The notes below the pieces were generated by a model that was given only the letters and a program-made list of their open reading frames with translations, made no database searches and had not been told where the DNA came from. Source: Eledone cirrhosa (taxonomy: Eukaryota). From it: DNA of 64,000 nt. Below, piece after piece: positions 52,444 to 64,000 of the stretch; positions within the stretch are counted from its first letter, which is position 1, and every line of letters begins with the position of its first letter. A program made the position numbers and the translations under genes. The stretch covers positions 16,616,001 to 16,680,000 of the forward strand of contig OZ024759.1 in assembly GCA_964016885.1 (NCBI GenBank). The letters run 5' to 3'.

Positions 52444-52450
52444 GTTGCAG

Positions 52451-52633
52451 GGAATGATCAAAGAATTGATTGACTACAACCTGCGCCGAGGAACTATAAG
52501 TGTACGAAACGAGGTTCGGTCTCTTTTGTGTCTTCTTACACGAGATAACCGAAGAGCTACCGAAGAAATGAATAACTTACTTATGACCAGAATTGCTTCT
52601 GCTATGAATACATACCTGTCAAACCCAGACTTG
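52451..52633 (+). CDS. UBR4: UBR4 exon 36
   Basis: GMIKELIDYNLRRG..VRSLLCLLTRDN..NPDL. Confidence 0.95.
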
Positions 52634-52663
52634 GTAGGTATTGAAATTTCATATTTTATATTA

Positions 52664-52976
52664 CATCATCATTTTACGTCTGCTTTTCCCTGCATGCAAG
52701 GGTGGGGCGGGAACTGATTCTGGCTTGATTTCTACAGCTGGATGCCCTTCCAACACCAACCTCATTTACAGTGAGAGCTGGGTGCTTTTTTTCCATGGCG
52801 TCTACGCGACCACTTTGCAGTGGAATAATAGGGACCCCAGTCCCTATCATCTCAGTTCTACAGCTGAGTAAACTGGAGCAATGTGAAATAAAGTGTCTTG
52901 CTCAAGGAAACAACACATCACCCGGTCTGAGAATTGAACTCACAACCTTTCGATTGCAAGGCCAATGCTCTAACCA
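52664..52976 (-). mobile_element. SINE family A copy
   Basis: Reverse complement of the 3845 copy, 5' end clipped. Confidence 0.8.
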
Positions 52977-53309
52977 ATAATAATAAGAATAATTGTTTCT
53001 ACTTTAGGCACAAGGCCAGTAATTTGAAGGGGATGGGAAAGCTGATTAAATCGACCCCAGTGCATTACTGGTACTTTATTTTATCAACCCTGTAAGGATG
53101 AAAGGCAAAGTTAACCCCGGCGGGATTTGAACTCAGACCGTGAAGGGCCGTAACTCTGTGCTGCAAAGCATGGCGTCCGACTCTCTACTGATGCTGCCAA
53201 TCCACCGCCTTTAATAGCAATAATTGTTTCTACTTTTGGCACAAGGCCAGCAATTATCCCAGTGTATTACTGGTACTTTATTTTATCGGCCCCGTAAGGA
53301 TGAAAGCCA

Positions 53310-53615
53310 GTTTGGAAGTGGTTTGGAAACCAGTGGGTGCCAGGTCAGTCGGCTGGAATTTGTAGATAACATGGTGCTACTTAACTCGTCGGAACGTGAC
53401 CTCCAACTGACGTACACTTGATAGGTTTGCTGGCGAGTGCTGCATGGCAGGAATGAAAATTAGTGCTGTGAAAACTGAGACTCTCATCCTCTGAAGAAAG
53501 CTTGCACAGAGCACTCTGCATGTGAGTGGAGTTACACTGAAGCAGGTGGAGTGCATGTGAGTGGAGTTACACTGAAGCAGGTGGAGAAGTTCAAGTATCT
53601 TGGAGCAATGTTCAG
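53310..53615 (+). mobile_element. RTE-like reverse transcriptase fragment (decayed)
   Basis: SRLEFVDNMVLL (decayed FADD motif) and LKQVEKFKYLG. Confidence 0.7.
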
Positions 53616-53882
53616 AAGGTTCTTTTTGATATCACATCTTTTGAGTACAATATCTTAACATCAGTATGAGCACTAGTTACAGCCGGTTTGAACAGATAGA
53701 GGTGAGAGAATTCTGACCGGATATGGCCCGTTTAAATGCTAAAGGGTTAAAGAAATTAATTTTGCTGTTCTATGTTCTGATTGACTTTCAATGCACTGTA
53801 ATTAAAATTACTAAAATGCCTTATGTCCATTCTATACTCTTTTTTTTAAAAATCACATTACATTCCTTTTTCTTTCTTTTAG

Positions 53883-53967
53883 GGGTCTTCAGTGCGCCAT
53901 GAAATTCTGTTATTGGCCAGTTCAGTCCAACAAGAAGACTCTTGTTGGGAACAAAGAGTGCGTTGTG
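53883..53967 (+). CDS. UBR4: UBR4 exon 37
   Basis: GSSVRHEILLLASSVQQEDSCWEQRVRC. Confidence 0.94.
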
Positions 53968-54269
53968 GTAAGTTGCTTAACATTGAACCCTTTAGCATTT
54001 ACATTATTCTATATATACTATTGTGGTAAAGGCTCACATAATATCGAATCTGAGATTTTGATATTATTTATTTTGAGAACAATGCCTTAACATCAGTATG
54101 AGCAGCTGGCTATGGCTGGTTTGAACAGAAAGACACGAGAGAATTCTGGCTGGATATAGCCGGTTTAAATGCTAAAGGGTTAAAATTCTTCTTTGTTGTT
54201 TAGTTCTCTTTGTTCTTTTCTGAAGAGGTTGGAGGTTTTTGTTTCCAACATTGTCATGCATCCGCATGT

Positions 54270-55855
54270 GCCAGCACTACTACCACTTTACAGAGTGTAC
54301 TGGGTGTACTTTATCATGGCACCAATACTACCACTTTACAGAGTGTACTAGATGTATTTTATCATGGCACCGGTACTACCACTTTACAGATGTACTGGGT
54401 GTACTTTATTGTGGCACTAGCACTACCCCTTTAGTGTGTATCAAATGCATTTTATTGTGGCACCAGCACTACTAACTTTTACAGAATACACAGGGAGTAT
54501 TTTGACATGGCACCAGCTCCATTACTTAACAAAGTATACAAGGAGTATTTTATTGTGGCACCAGCACTGCCACTTTAGAGTTTACTGGGTGCAATTTATT
54601 GTGGTACCAGCATTATCACTTTTACAGAGTGTACTGAGTGCACTATCAGGGTATCAACACTAGCATTTACAGTGTGTTCTGGAAGTATTTTATCATGGCA
54701 CCAACACTACCACTTTACATTGTATTCAATGCATTTTATCATATCACCAGCACTACATATTTTGAGTGTACTGTGTGCATTTTATCACCATAGCACCAGC
54801 ACTACATTTTTACAGAGTGTAGTGTGTGCATTTTATCACCATAGCACCAGCACTACATATTTTACAGAGTGTACTGTGTGCATTTTATCACCATAGCACC
54901 AGCACTACATATTTTACAGAGTGTACTGTGTGCATTTTATCACCATAGCACCAGCACTACATATTTTACAGAGTGTACTGTGTGCATTTTATCACCATAG
55001 CACCAGCACTACATTTTTACAGAGTGTAGTGTGTGCATTTTATCACCATAGCACCAGCACTACATATTTTACAGAGTGTACTGTGTGCATTTTATCACCA
55101 TAGCACCAGCACTACATATTTTACAGAGTGTACTGTGTGCATTTTATCACCATAGCACCAGCACTACATTTTTACAGAGTGTACTGTGTGCATTTTATCA
55201 CCATAGCACCAGCACTACATATTTTACAGAGTGTACTGTGTGCATTTTATCACCATAGTACCAGCACTACATTTTTACAGAGTGTACTGTGTGCATTTTA
55301 TCACCATAGCACCAGCACTACATTTTTACAGAGTGTACTGTGTGCATTTTATCACCATAGCACCAGCACTACATATTTTACAGAGTGTACTGTGTACATT
55401 TTATCACCATAGCACCAGCACTACATTTTTACAGAGTGTACTGTGTGCATTTTATCACCATAGCACCAGCACTACATTTTTACAGAGTGTACTGTGTACA
55501 TTTTATCACCATAGCACCAGCACTACATATTTTACAGAGTGTACTGTGTGCATTTTATCACCATAGTACCAGCACTACATTTTTACAGAGTGTACTGTGT
55601 GCATTTTATCACCATAGCACCAGCACTACATATTTTACAGAGTGTACTGTGTGCATTTTATCACCATAGTACCAGCACTACATTTTTACAGAGTGTACTG
55701 TGCATTTTATCAAGGCACCAGCACTACATTTTTACAGAGTGTACTGTGTACATTTTATCAAGGCACCAGCACTACATTTTTACAGAGTGTACTGTGCATT
55801 TTATGAAGGCACCAGCACTACACAGTGTACTGTGTGCATTTTATCATGGCACTAG
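54270..55855. repeat. 48-52-bp minisatellite (homogeneous 51/52-bp core 54765-55700)
   Basis: tttacagagtgtactgtgtgcattttatcaccatagcaccagcactaca. Confidence 0.95.
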
Positions 55856-56017
55856 TGCAAGAGAGTTTGTGAGGTAGTTGACAAGATCAAATAGTCCTCG
55901 CTATCCTGTATTGCCTCTGATCACCAATCCTATGCTACCATGTTATAGTTGCTTTCTTTCTATTCTCTCAACAGTAACTATATTAACTATACATGAACTA
56001 TTTTGTGTTATTTTCAG

Positions 56018-56142
56018 TTATGCGCCTTTTCCTCATGGGTATGCAGCTAAAGAGTCCTCTAGTGATGGAAAGCATTACGTTACCCTGTTTGAAAATTATT
56101 CAACATCTTGTCAAATCTGATGGACAGTCAAAACGTGGAAAG
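56018..56142 (+). CDS. UBR4: UBR4 exon 38
   Basis: MRLFLMG..SPLVMESITLPCLKIIQHLVK. Confidence 0.94.
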
Positions 56143-56660
56143 GTAGTCTTAATTCTGTTGAAACTCTTAACTAGAAACTTACCTTTTTTTATTTTTTCAT
56201 TCCTTGAAAATGTTTGCTCCCTCCTGGATCCTTTTTAAGTCTTGGGATACGTTATTTTTGTGCATTCATCCTATGTCTCCCAGGACAGGTCACTGGTCCA
56301 TGGCCGGTTTTTATTGTGTTAGATGGAGACTGTAATATATTTTTCAAACAGCCACCCTCCTCTACCTAAGGCCCTAATGTGGCCCTTATTACACCATATG
56401 AAGGACAATGCATTATGATTGCTTTTACTGTTTTTCAGTGGTCTTATTAGCACCAGTCATCATCATCATCATCATTGTTTAACGTCCATCTTCCATGCTA
56501 GCATGGGCAGGACAGGCTGTTAGGGGACCGTGATTTGCTCACACAGAACTGTTTCTGACTTTTTTTTCAACGGTTGGATGCCCTTCCTTTATATATATAT
56601 ATATATATATATATACAAAATGATAAAAGATCAAGGTTAACAACTTAAATCCATTCTTTA

Positions 56661-56780
56661 ATTTCTACGTCTGTTTCAATGCAGTTACGATTGTGCATGC
56701 ATATGAAAACAATCTGAAATAATTAATTAGCAATTATTAACACTATACATAATACATATAACTGCATTTCTTCAGGGAAT
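56661..56780 (-). ncRNA. Type I hammerhead motif with large stem II loop
   Basis: Minus strand: attcc CTGAAGA aatgcagtta [~70 nt] taactgcatt GAAAC agac GTA gaaat. Confidence 0.65.
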
Positions 56781-56802
56781 GAGAGAATCACCTCTCCCTC
56801 TC

Positions 56803-56858
<56 letters not shown>

Positions 56859-57248
56859 AAAAGAGATAAAAAGATTATTAACATAGATAAGCGATATAAT
56901 AGGGTTTATTCAAAGCATTAACGTTAAATTGATTTTTGTGTTGAAACCGCTATCCTAAATAATCAATTGATAATTGTGAAAACTCGATTTTAAATACATA
57001 AAATAATACAACACGGGCAGTGAATTTTCAATATATATATATATATATATTTCGTTTCTGAATTTGTTTAGCAAGATTCTTTATCTGAAAACGTGTGTTG
57101 AAACCGATTTTGTTATACTTTGGGAGGGTCATGTTGCCAATAAGAAACACACGCACCAGTTGCTTTCACTTCAATTTATTATTATAAATTTAGGAATTTA
57201 TAAATTTCCGGTTGGTTGGTTCCACAACCAGATGATTGTTTATATAGT

Positions 57249-57291
57249 GTCAAAGTTCTTTCGTCACACATTCTGTGACCTCTTCAGTGAC
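57249..57291 (-). ncRNA. Minimal type I hammerhead motif
   Basis: Minus strand: gtca CTGAAGA g gtcac agaatgt gtgac GAAA gaac TT tgac. Confidence 0.65.
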
Positions 57292-57600
57292 TGTGGATTC
57301 TTTTCTTTGTTTTTGTGCATCTCCTTTGTTCTGTCCTACGCCATCTTGTTTTTAAATTTATAAATTTATTATAATAAATTGAAGTGAAAGCAACTGGTGC
57401 GTGTGTTTCTTATTGGCAACATGACCCTCCCAAAGTATAACAATATATATATATGCATGGTGGCTGCCAACTCAATATTAACACTTCGAATATTTAATAC
57501 TGCTGGCACTAGTATCAAGCACCTTTGGCATACGCTACTTGGCAAATAACTATATGTATCACCTATCCTCCCCTTTTTTCTCTCTCTTGATACGTAAATA

Positions 57601-57635
<35 letters not shown>

Positions 57636-57687
57636 ATTCATTAATATTTGTCATTGTTCTCACTTTTCTTCTATTTTGCTATTGCAG

Positions 57688-57823
57688 GAGAAGGATAGCA
57701 ATTCTTCCGATATCCGTTCAATGCCTTGTGGCATCCATATGAATGCTAAGTCATGGTTAGCTGGTGATCCAAAGTTTTGTTTCCACAATTGGCGGCGTTA
57801 TCTTCCCAAAAGAAACGAGAAAG
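57688..57823 (+). CDS. UBR4: UBR4 exon 39
   Basis: ..IHMNAKSWLAGDPKFCFHNWRRYLPKR; tgcag / gtgaca. Confidence 0.9.
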
Positions 57824-58097
57824 GTGACATTTTCCTCAAGTTCTTGCTTTCCTCACCATCACCATTACCATCTCCATCATCATCACCATCATCATCATCA
57901 TTGCCATCATCACTATCATCATACATCCGTTCTCCTTGCTAGCTAGGGTCGGATGGGTCGTCATTGACCAAGTCAGTACTCAAGTGTAGCTACTGACCAC
58001 TCAGATGGACCAGGGGCCCTGAATTATTCTTACATGCATTCCCATATTCTACCAAGTGCTCAGAAGGGCCCAGGAACCTACATCTATCTTACATATA

Positions 58098-58570
58098 CTA
58101 GCTGAAAAACCAACCTTCGGGTGGTTTTCTGCTAGCATATGTAGTGTGTATATTGATATTATATGCAAGTATATATACATGTAGATATGATACATCAAAT
58201 AAAATCGTAATTGACAATATACACAGAAATTGAACGAAGACTGTTACACCATCTTATGTAATCAGTAACGTAATCCATGATACATTAAAAAAGACGATAT
58301 TATATATAAACTGCATTAGGAGAAAATTAGTGACAGAAAATTAGTATGTTTATTTAAGCGATCGCCACCGGAAGTGTTGACATTTCAAAAATTTTAAAGA
58401 AGTGAATCTTTAAATAAACAAAACATATTTAATGAACAGCCACGAAATTTAGTAGATAAATTATGTAATATTCATTCATTATTTATTCAAAGTAATCCAA
58501 CTTATTTTACTAATGGGATAAAAAATAAACCGTACACAGTCCCGCAGACCTTCCTTTATTATAGTTTAGA
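58098..58570 (-). mobile_element. Non-autonomous Helitron
   Basis: Minus strand runs 5'-TC...CTAG-3' with subterminal hairpin AAAACCACCCGAAGGTTGGTTTT; inserted at A^T with no TSD. Confidence 0.75.
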
Positions 58571-58921
58571 TTCCTGCATTCTACCAAGTGCTCAGATCGG
58601 CTGGTAGCCTCCATCTCACATGTATTTTTGTATTCTACCAAGTACTCAGAAGGGCCCAGGAACCTATATCTATCTTACATATATTTCTGCATTCTACCAA
58701 GTATTCGGATGGCTTGGGTACCCTACATCTGGCTTACACATTCCTGTGCTCAACCTATTGCTCAGAAAGGGTTTGGGTTCTGCCAAGTTTAAATATTCCT
58801 ATAATTCCATCAAGCAATCAAGGCCTATCTTTTATATAATTAATTATTTTTTTACTATTAATTAAACTTCACATTGTCTTCAAAGTAGTTCTGTTTTATT
58901 TTTATTTTCCCACATGTTTAG

Positions 58922-59183
58922 CCTCTCCAGAAACGTCCAAGAAAAAGACAGAAGAAAAAAATGAAATCCGATCCCGTTATCTAATGGAGAAATATGGCCA
59001 GCGATGGTTACTTAAAATGTGGAAAATGCCCTGCCTTCAGCTTCAGTTATCCCAAAGCTCCTGGCTCCGTCAAGCCATGTTCTGCACATCTTCACGTTTG
59101 GCACGCAATACTGCCTGTGCTATTATATCGTCTATATGTCAGGTTCCAAATCGCAGAAAACAAATGATAGATTTATTAACCAC
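58922..59183 (+). CDS. UBR4: UBR4 exon 40
   Basis: IRSRYLMEKYGQRW..WLRQAMFC..RRKQMIDLLT. Confidence 0.93.
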
Positions 59184-60351
59184 GTGAGCACTTTACAGTT
59201 TTGAAAATTTGGTTTTGTAGTATGTTGTGAAGAAAAATGGAATGAGATGGTTAGGTCATGTGTTGAGGAAAGGTGAGAGTGACTGAGTTAGAGGAATAGA
59301 GCCTGTGATGAATGTTGTGATGAGAAATTGGATGAGATGGTTAGGTCATGTGTTGAGGAAGGATGAGAGTGATTGTGTGTGAGAAATAGAACTAGTAATG
59401 AATGTTGTGAAGAGAAATGGAATGAGATGGTTGGGTCAGGTGTTGAGGAAGGGTGAAAGTGACTGAGTGAGAGGAATGGTAGAAGAGGAAGACCAAGACA
59501 GACATGGCTAAAGATGATGGAAGAAATGAAAACTGGGGTTTGGTAAGGGGTAGGGTGTAAACAATAGTGTAAAATGGAGAAGCTTGTCATGGGCCCTGCC
59601 TGGCTAACCCTACCTTAGCAAGGAGATGGCTTTTAAATGGTTGTTATGATGTGAGGACAGGCAATGGTTGTATGTGTAAAGAGTCCAAATTTCAACCACT
59701 TGGTTTGGATTCAGTCTTAGTGAACAGCACCTTGGACAAATGTCTTATACTATAGCCTCAGGTTGACTAATGACTTGTGAATGAAATTTGGTAAACAGAA
59801 ACTACGTGGAAGCCTGTTTGTGTGTGTGTGTGTGTCTATGTATGTGTGTCTTTGTGTCAGATTGACAAAAAGATATTGATAAAATATGTACCGATCTTAA
59901 AAATAATAAGTCTAACCCATGCTAGCATGGAAGATAGACGTTAAACGATGATGATGATGATGATGACTGGTGTCAACATGATGAACTAAATCCTTTTAAG
60001 GTGGTGACCCATCTTGGTTGGAGTCAAATGACTTAAACCTGTAAAGGAATGTAAGAATTATGGGTTTAAAGAGTTTGGAAATTTGAAAATTTGCTTCATT
60101 TCCTTAATCTCTATAGTTCTAAAGACGAGATAACTCATCCTAACATGTTTGGACTCATTTCCAACAGTCATAACTTCAAAGTTATGAACTCGTTTCCAAC
60201 AGTTCGTAACTTTAAAGCTAGTTTATTGATATGACATTTGTCAATCATTCATATATGTGTTGTTAATAAATATTTCTTTAAAAAAATAGTCATTTAAACC
60301 CAACACAGCAACTTAATAAATGAATTAATGTTATTAAACCTTTTATTGTAG

Positions 60352-60493
60352 TTACCTTGACGATATTGGCAAAAGTGGAGAGTGTGCATCAGAATTCCTC
60401 ATAGTCTACAGACGATTAATTACACCTGTTCATTGGAAATATTACCTGACCATTAAAGGAATTCTCTTTCACCTTGGCCACCTTCTAACTAAA
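60352..60493 (+). CDS. UBR4: UBR4 exon 41
   Basis: YLDDIGKSGECASEFL..HWKYYLTIKGIL..LTK. Confidence 0.94.
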
Positions 60494-60596
60494 GTAATTA
60501 TAAATAGCATCATTTTATTTATCATATTTGAAAATAAAGTTTTAGGTGTTACACTAAGAAATATTTCTAATTTTGTAACATGACATTTTATTATTT

Positions 60597-60840
60597 AATT
60601 TTAATGTTAAGGGTTTGTTTTTTAAGATTTAATGTTAAGGGTTTTTTTTTATTTTAATGTTAAGGGTTTTTTTTAAAGATTTAATGCTAAGGGGTTTTTT
60701 AAAATTTTAATGTTAAGGGGTTTTTTTAAATTTTAATGTTAAGGGGTTTTTTAAAATTTTAATGTTAAGGGGTTTCTTTTAATTTTAATGTTAAGGGTTT
60801 TTTTATTGTAATGCTAAGGTTTTAAAAATTTTAATGCTTA
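60597..60840. repeat. ~26-bp AT-rich minisatellite
   Basis: Repeats of ttttaatgttaagggttttt. Confidence 0.85.
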
Positions 60841-60881
60841 TGTTTTTATTTAAATTTTAATTCTGATTTTTTTCCCCATAG

Positions 60882-60963
60882 GAAATAGAACACTTAGAAT
60901 ATCTTGAAGAAACAAGTTTGAGTTCAGATCTTTCACAAGGATTTGCATTGAAATCACTAACTG
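60882..60963 (+). CDS. UBR4: UBR4 exon 42
   Basis: EIEHLEYLEETSLSSDLSQGFALKSLT. Confidence 0.95.
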
Positions 60964-62051
60964 GTAATATTTTTAGTTTTATTTTCCTCTGCTAATATCT
61001 AAATTAATTATCTTCTTTTAACCCTTTAGCATTTACATTACTCTATATTTACTATTATATTTTTACGGTAAACACTCATGTAATTATCTCACATAATATC
61101 AAATATATGAGATTTTGATATTATTTATTTTGAGAATAATACCTTAACATTGTATGAGTGGCGGTTTGAACAGAAAGAACTGGCCGGATACAGCCAGTTT
61201 AAATGCTAAAGGGTTAAATAGCTTTATTACCCTTATGTAAATTAAGTATTAACTCTTAATTAAAGATGGCTAATTAATTTGCAGACTCGTTAGGGCATTG
61301 GATTAAAAATGCCTTGGTACTTTTTTCTGGTTGACTACGCTCTGTGTTCAAATTCCAACGAAGTCGACTTTGTCTTTCATCTTCTCTAGGTTGATAAAGT
61401 ACCAGTGTAATACTGGGGATGACCCCCCCCCCCTTCTCTATCTCTATCTCTCTTGAAGAAATTGGCTGTGTTACAACCTGGAGAGAGGTAAGCATTGTCA
61501 AGTTAAAATACCTAAATCACCATGTGTCAGGATTGCGTCCCTAGGGTTCCATTATGAGTTAAGGGCCCCTTTGTCATTATTTATTAACATCCTGTAATGA
61601 TTTAGCAGAAAATATCTAAAAACAGGTTTGTTAACCCTTTAGCATTTAAACCAGCCATATCCAGCCAGAATTCTCTCACCTCTCTCTGTTGAAACTAGCC
61701 ATAACTGGTCGCTCATACTGATGTTCAGGTATTGCTCTCAAAATCAATAACATCAAAATCTTGTAGATTCGATATTATGTGAGATAAAGCCTTTACCTTG
61801 AAAATATAATGGAATATATATGGTAATGTAAATGCTAGAGGGTTAATTCAAATGTTTATAGTATCCTTACTAGTGGACAGATGGTTGTGAAAATTTGCAA
61901 TATAAGAGTAAAAAGTTTAATCTTTAATGTGATACTGCCATAATGTTATAGTTTCATGCAGTATAGGACATTAAACTTTATGGTTTGGTGGCTTTTTTTA
62001 CCCCTCCCTACAAAAAAGATTATCACGCCATTTTTCATTTGTCTCTTCTAG

Positions 62052-62225
62052 AACTACTTTCACTATTTGTGGAACAAGAAAATATCAAACACCAGTACAA
62101 AAACAAGTTGGTGGGTTATGTACTTAATGGTTACCTGTGTCTTAGGAAGTTAGTTGTACAAAGAACCAAATTGATTGATGAAACTCAAGACAAGCTTCTT
62201 GAACTTCTTGAAGAACTCACCACTG
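62052..62225 (+). CDS. UBR4: UBR4 exon 43
   Basis: LLSLFVEQ..LVGYVLNGYLCLRKLVVQRTKLIDETQDKLLELLEELTT. Confidence 0.96.
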
Positions 62226-62529
62226 GTAAGTTATACTGTTATTTGGTGTGTGTGTGTGTGTGGCCACACATGAGGTTAGGGTGTTGGACACATGATCGGA
62301 ATATCATGAGCTTGATTCCTCAACTGGTGAGTTACAGAAATATATGATCACATTAACCTAGTGGATAGGGTGTTGAGCTCATGACAAGAATGTTATGAGT
62401 TTGATTCCCCGATTGGTAAGTTATACAATAAAAGCACCCTGTACATGCGCTAAAGTGGTTGGTGTTAGAAAGGACATCCAGCCATAGAAGGGTTGCCAAA
62501 CAAGGGATTAGGAGGATCCTTCAGTTTGT

Positions 62530-63500
62530 ACACCAGCACTACCACTTTTCAGAGTGTACTGGGTGTGTTTTATCATGACACCAGCACTACCACTTTTCAG
62601 AGTGTACTGGCTGTGTTTTTTTGTGACACCAGCTCTACCATTTTACAGAGTGTACTCGGTGTGTTTTATCATGACACCAGCACTACTACTTTTCAGAGTG
62701 TACTGGCTGTGTTTTATCATGACACCAGCACTACTACTTTTCAGAGTGTACTCGGTGTGTTTTATCATGACACCAGCACTACTACTTTTCAGAGTGTACT
62801 GGCTGTGTTTTTTTGTGACACCAGCTCTACCATTTTGCAGAGTGTACTCGGTGTGTTTTATCATGACACCAGCGCTACTACTTTTCAGAGTGTACTGGGT
62901 GTGTTTATTTGTGACACCAGCTCTACCACTTTACAGAGTGTACTTGGTGTGTTTTATCATGACACCAACACTACCACTTTACAGAGTGTACTGGGTGTAT
63001 TTTATCATGACACCAGCTCTACCACTTTACAGAGTGTACTGGGTGTGTTTTATCATGACACCAGCTCTACCACTTTGCAGAGTGTACTGGGTGTGTTTTA
63101 TCATGACACCAGCTCTACCACTTTACAGAGTGTACTGGGTGTGTTTTATCATGACACCAGCTCTACCACTTTACAGAGTGTACTGGGTGTGTTTTATCAT
63201 GACACCAACACTACCACTTTGCAGAGTGTACTGGGTGTGTTTTATCATGACACCAGCTCTACCACTTTACAGAGTGTACTCAGTGTGTTTTATCGTGACA
63301 CCAGCACTACCACTTTGCAGAGTGTACTGGGTGTGTTTTATCATGACACCAGCTCTACCACTTTACAGAGTGTACTCGGTGTGTTTTATCGTGACACCAG
63401 CACTACCACTTTGCAGAGTGTACTGGGTGTGTTTTATCATGACACCAGCTCTACCACTTTACAGAGTGTACTGGGTGTGTTTTATCAGGACACCAACACT
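62530..63500. repeat. 48-bp minisatellite, ~20 copies
   Basis: gacaccagcactaccactttacagagtgtactgggtgtgttttatcat. Confidence 0.95.
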
Positions 63501-63559
63501 AGAAAAGTGGTCACATGTTCATCCACACTTAGGAGTCCTCTCAGACCCTATACTGTTTC

Positions 63560-64000
63560 GAATCGCCAACACTGTATCCTCTGGTAAACCCACCACTTTA
63601 CATTTATTTTTAATGTGGCAGTTCTTAAAGAATACCACACTACAGACTGGCTGCTTACTATGCAGTGTGGAAATGTCTAGGCAGACTAGGATCTGGTGTT
63701 GGATGTGCAAAAGTCAATCTTGCAAAATGGAGATATTTAAAGGATAAGTACATTGTGTATGACTGCAGCATCGAACCACAGACTACACAGCATCTCCTGA
63801 TATGACCCCTGCTGGAACACCCCTGCACAGCATTGGACTTGGCAGAGTTTAATGAGAAAGAACAATGTGTTCAGCTGTGGCAGAACCACATCTAGTCAAT
63901 ATTTGTATCTGACACTCTTGTGGACATAAGAAGAAGTGTAAATTGGATAATATAGTCCTAGATACACTATGTCTGATAGCCACTAATACTAATTACTGTA
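63560..64000 (+). mobile_element. Non-LTR retrotransposon C-terminal remnant
   Basis: RLGSGVG..NLAKW..DC..PQTTQHLL resembles a decayed zinc knuckle; inverted, internally duplicated copy at ~9320-9835. Confidence 0.55.

Larger units (their letters stand above)
571..62225 (+). other. UBR4: UBR4 (p600/poe) gene, internal segment: 43 coding exons, ~1897 aa, both ends outside window
   Basis: Spliced translation gives motifs I recognise from UBR4: [93 protein letters not shown]. All introns are GT-AG with matching phases. Confidence 0.97.

Noticed and set aside
62493-63747. 364-aa and 397-aa ORFs
   Set aside because: By-product of a stop-free 48-bp (16-codon) minisatellite inside an intron; two frames are open and there is no domain signal

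Overview
AT-rich animal genomic DNA. The SINE families and (CAT)n/(TA)n tracts look like octopus or another cephalopod, but that is an inference. The + strand carries 43 consecutive GT-AG coding exons (571-62225; 5691 nt, about 1897 aa, reading frame consistent across every junction) from the middle-to-C-terminal part of the giant E3/E4 ubiquitin ligase UBR4 (p600/poe); neither gene end is in the window. Introns contain tRNA-derived SINEs, a TTAA-flanked MITE, CR1/RTE LINE remnants, a Tc1/mariner-like relic, a non-autonomous Helitron and several minisatellites. The most striking unannotated layer is a set of short elements sitting in or next to (TA)n tracts. They carry minimal type I hammerhead ribozyme motifs (about a dozen, from several sequence families, including a U3-A8 core variant) and are often folded back into long near-perfect palindromes. 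This is the architecture of non-autonomous Penelope-like/retrozyme insertions. All folds were checked by eye; ribozyme activity is untested.
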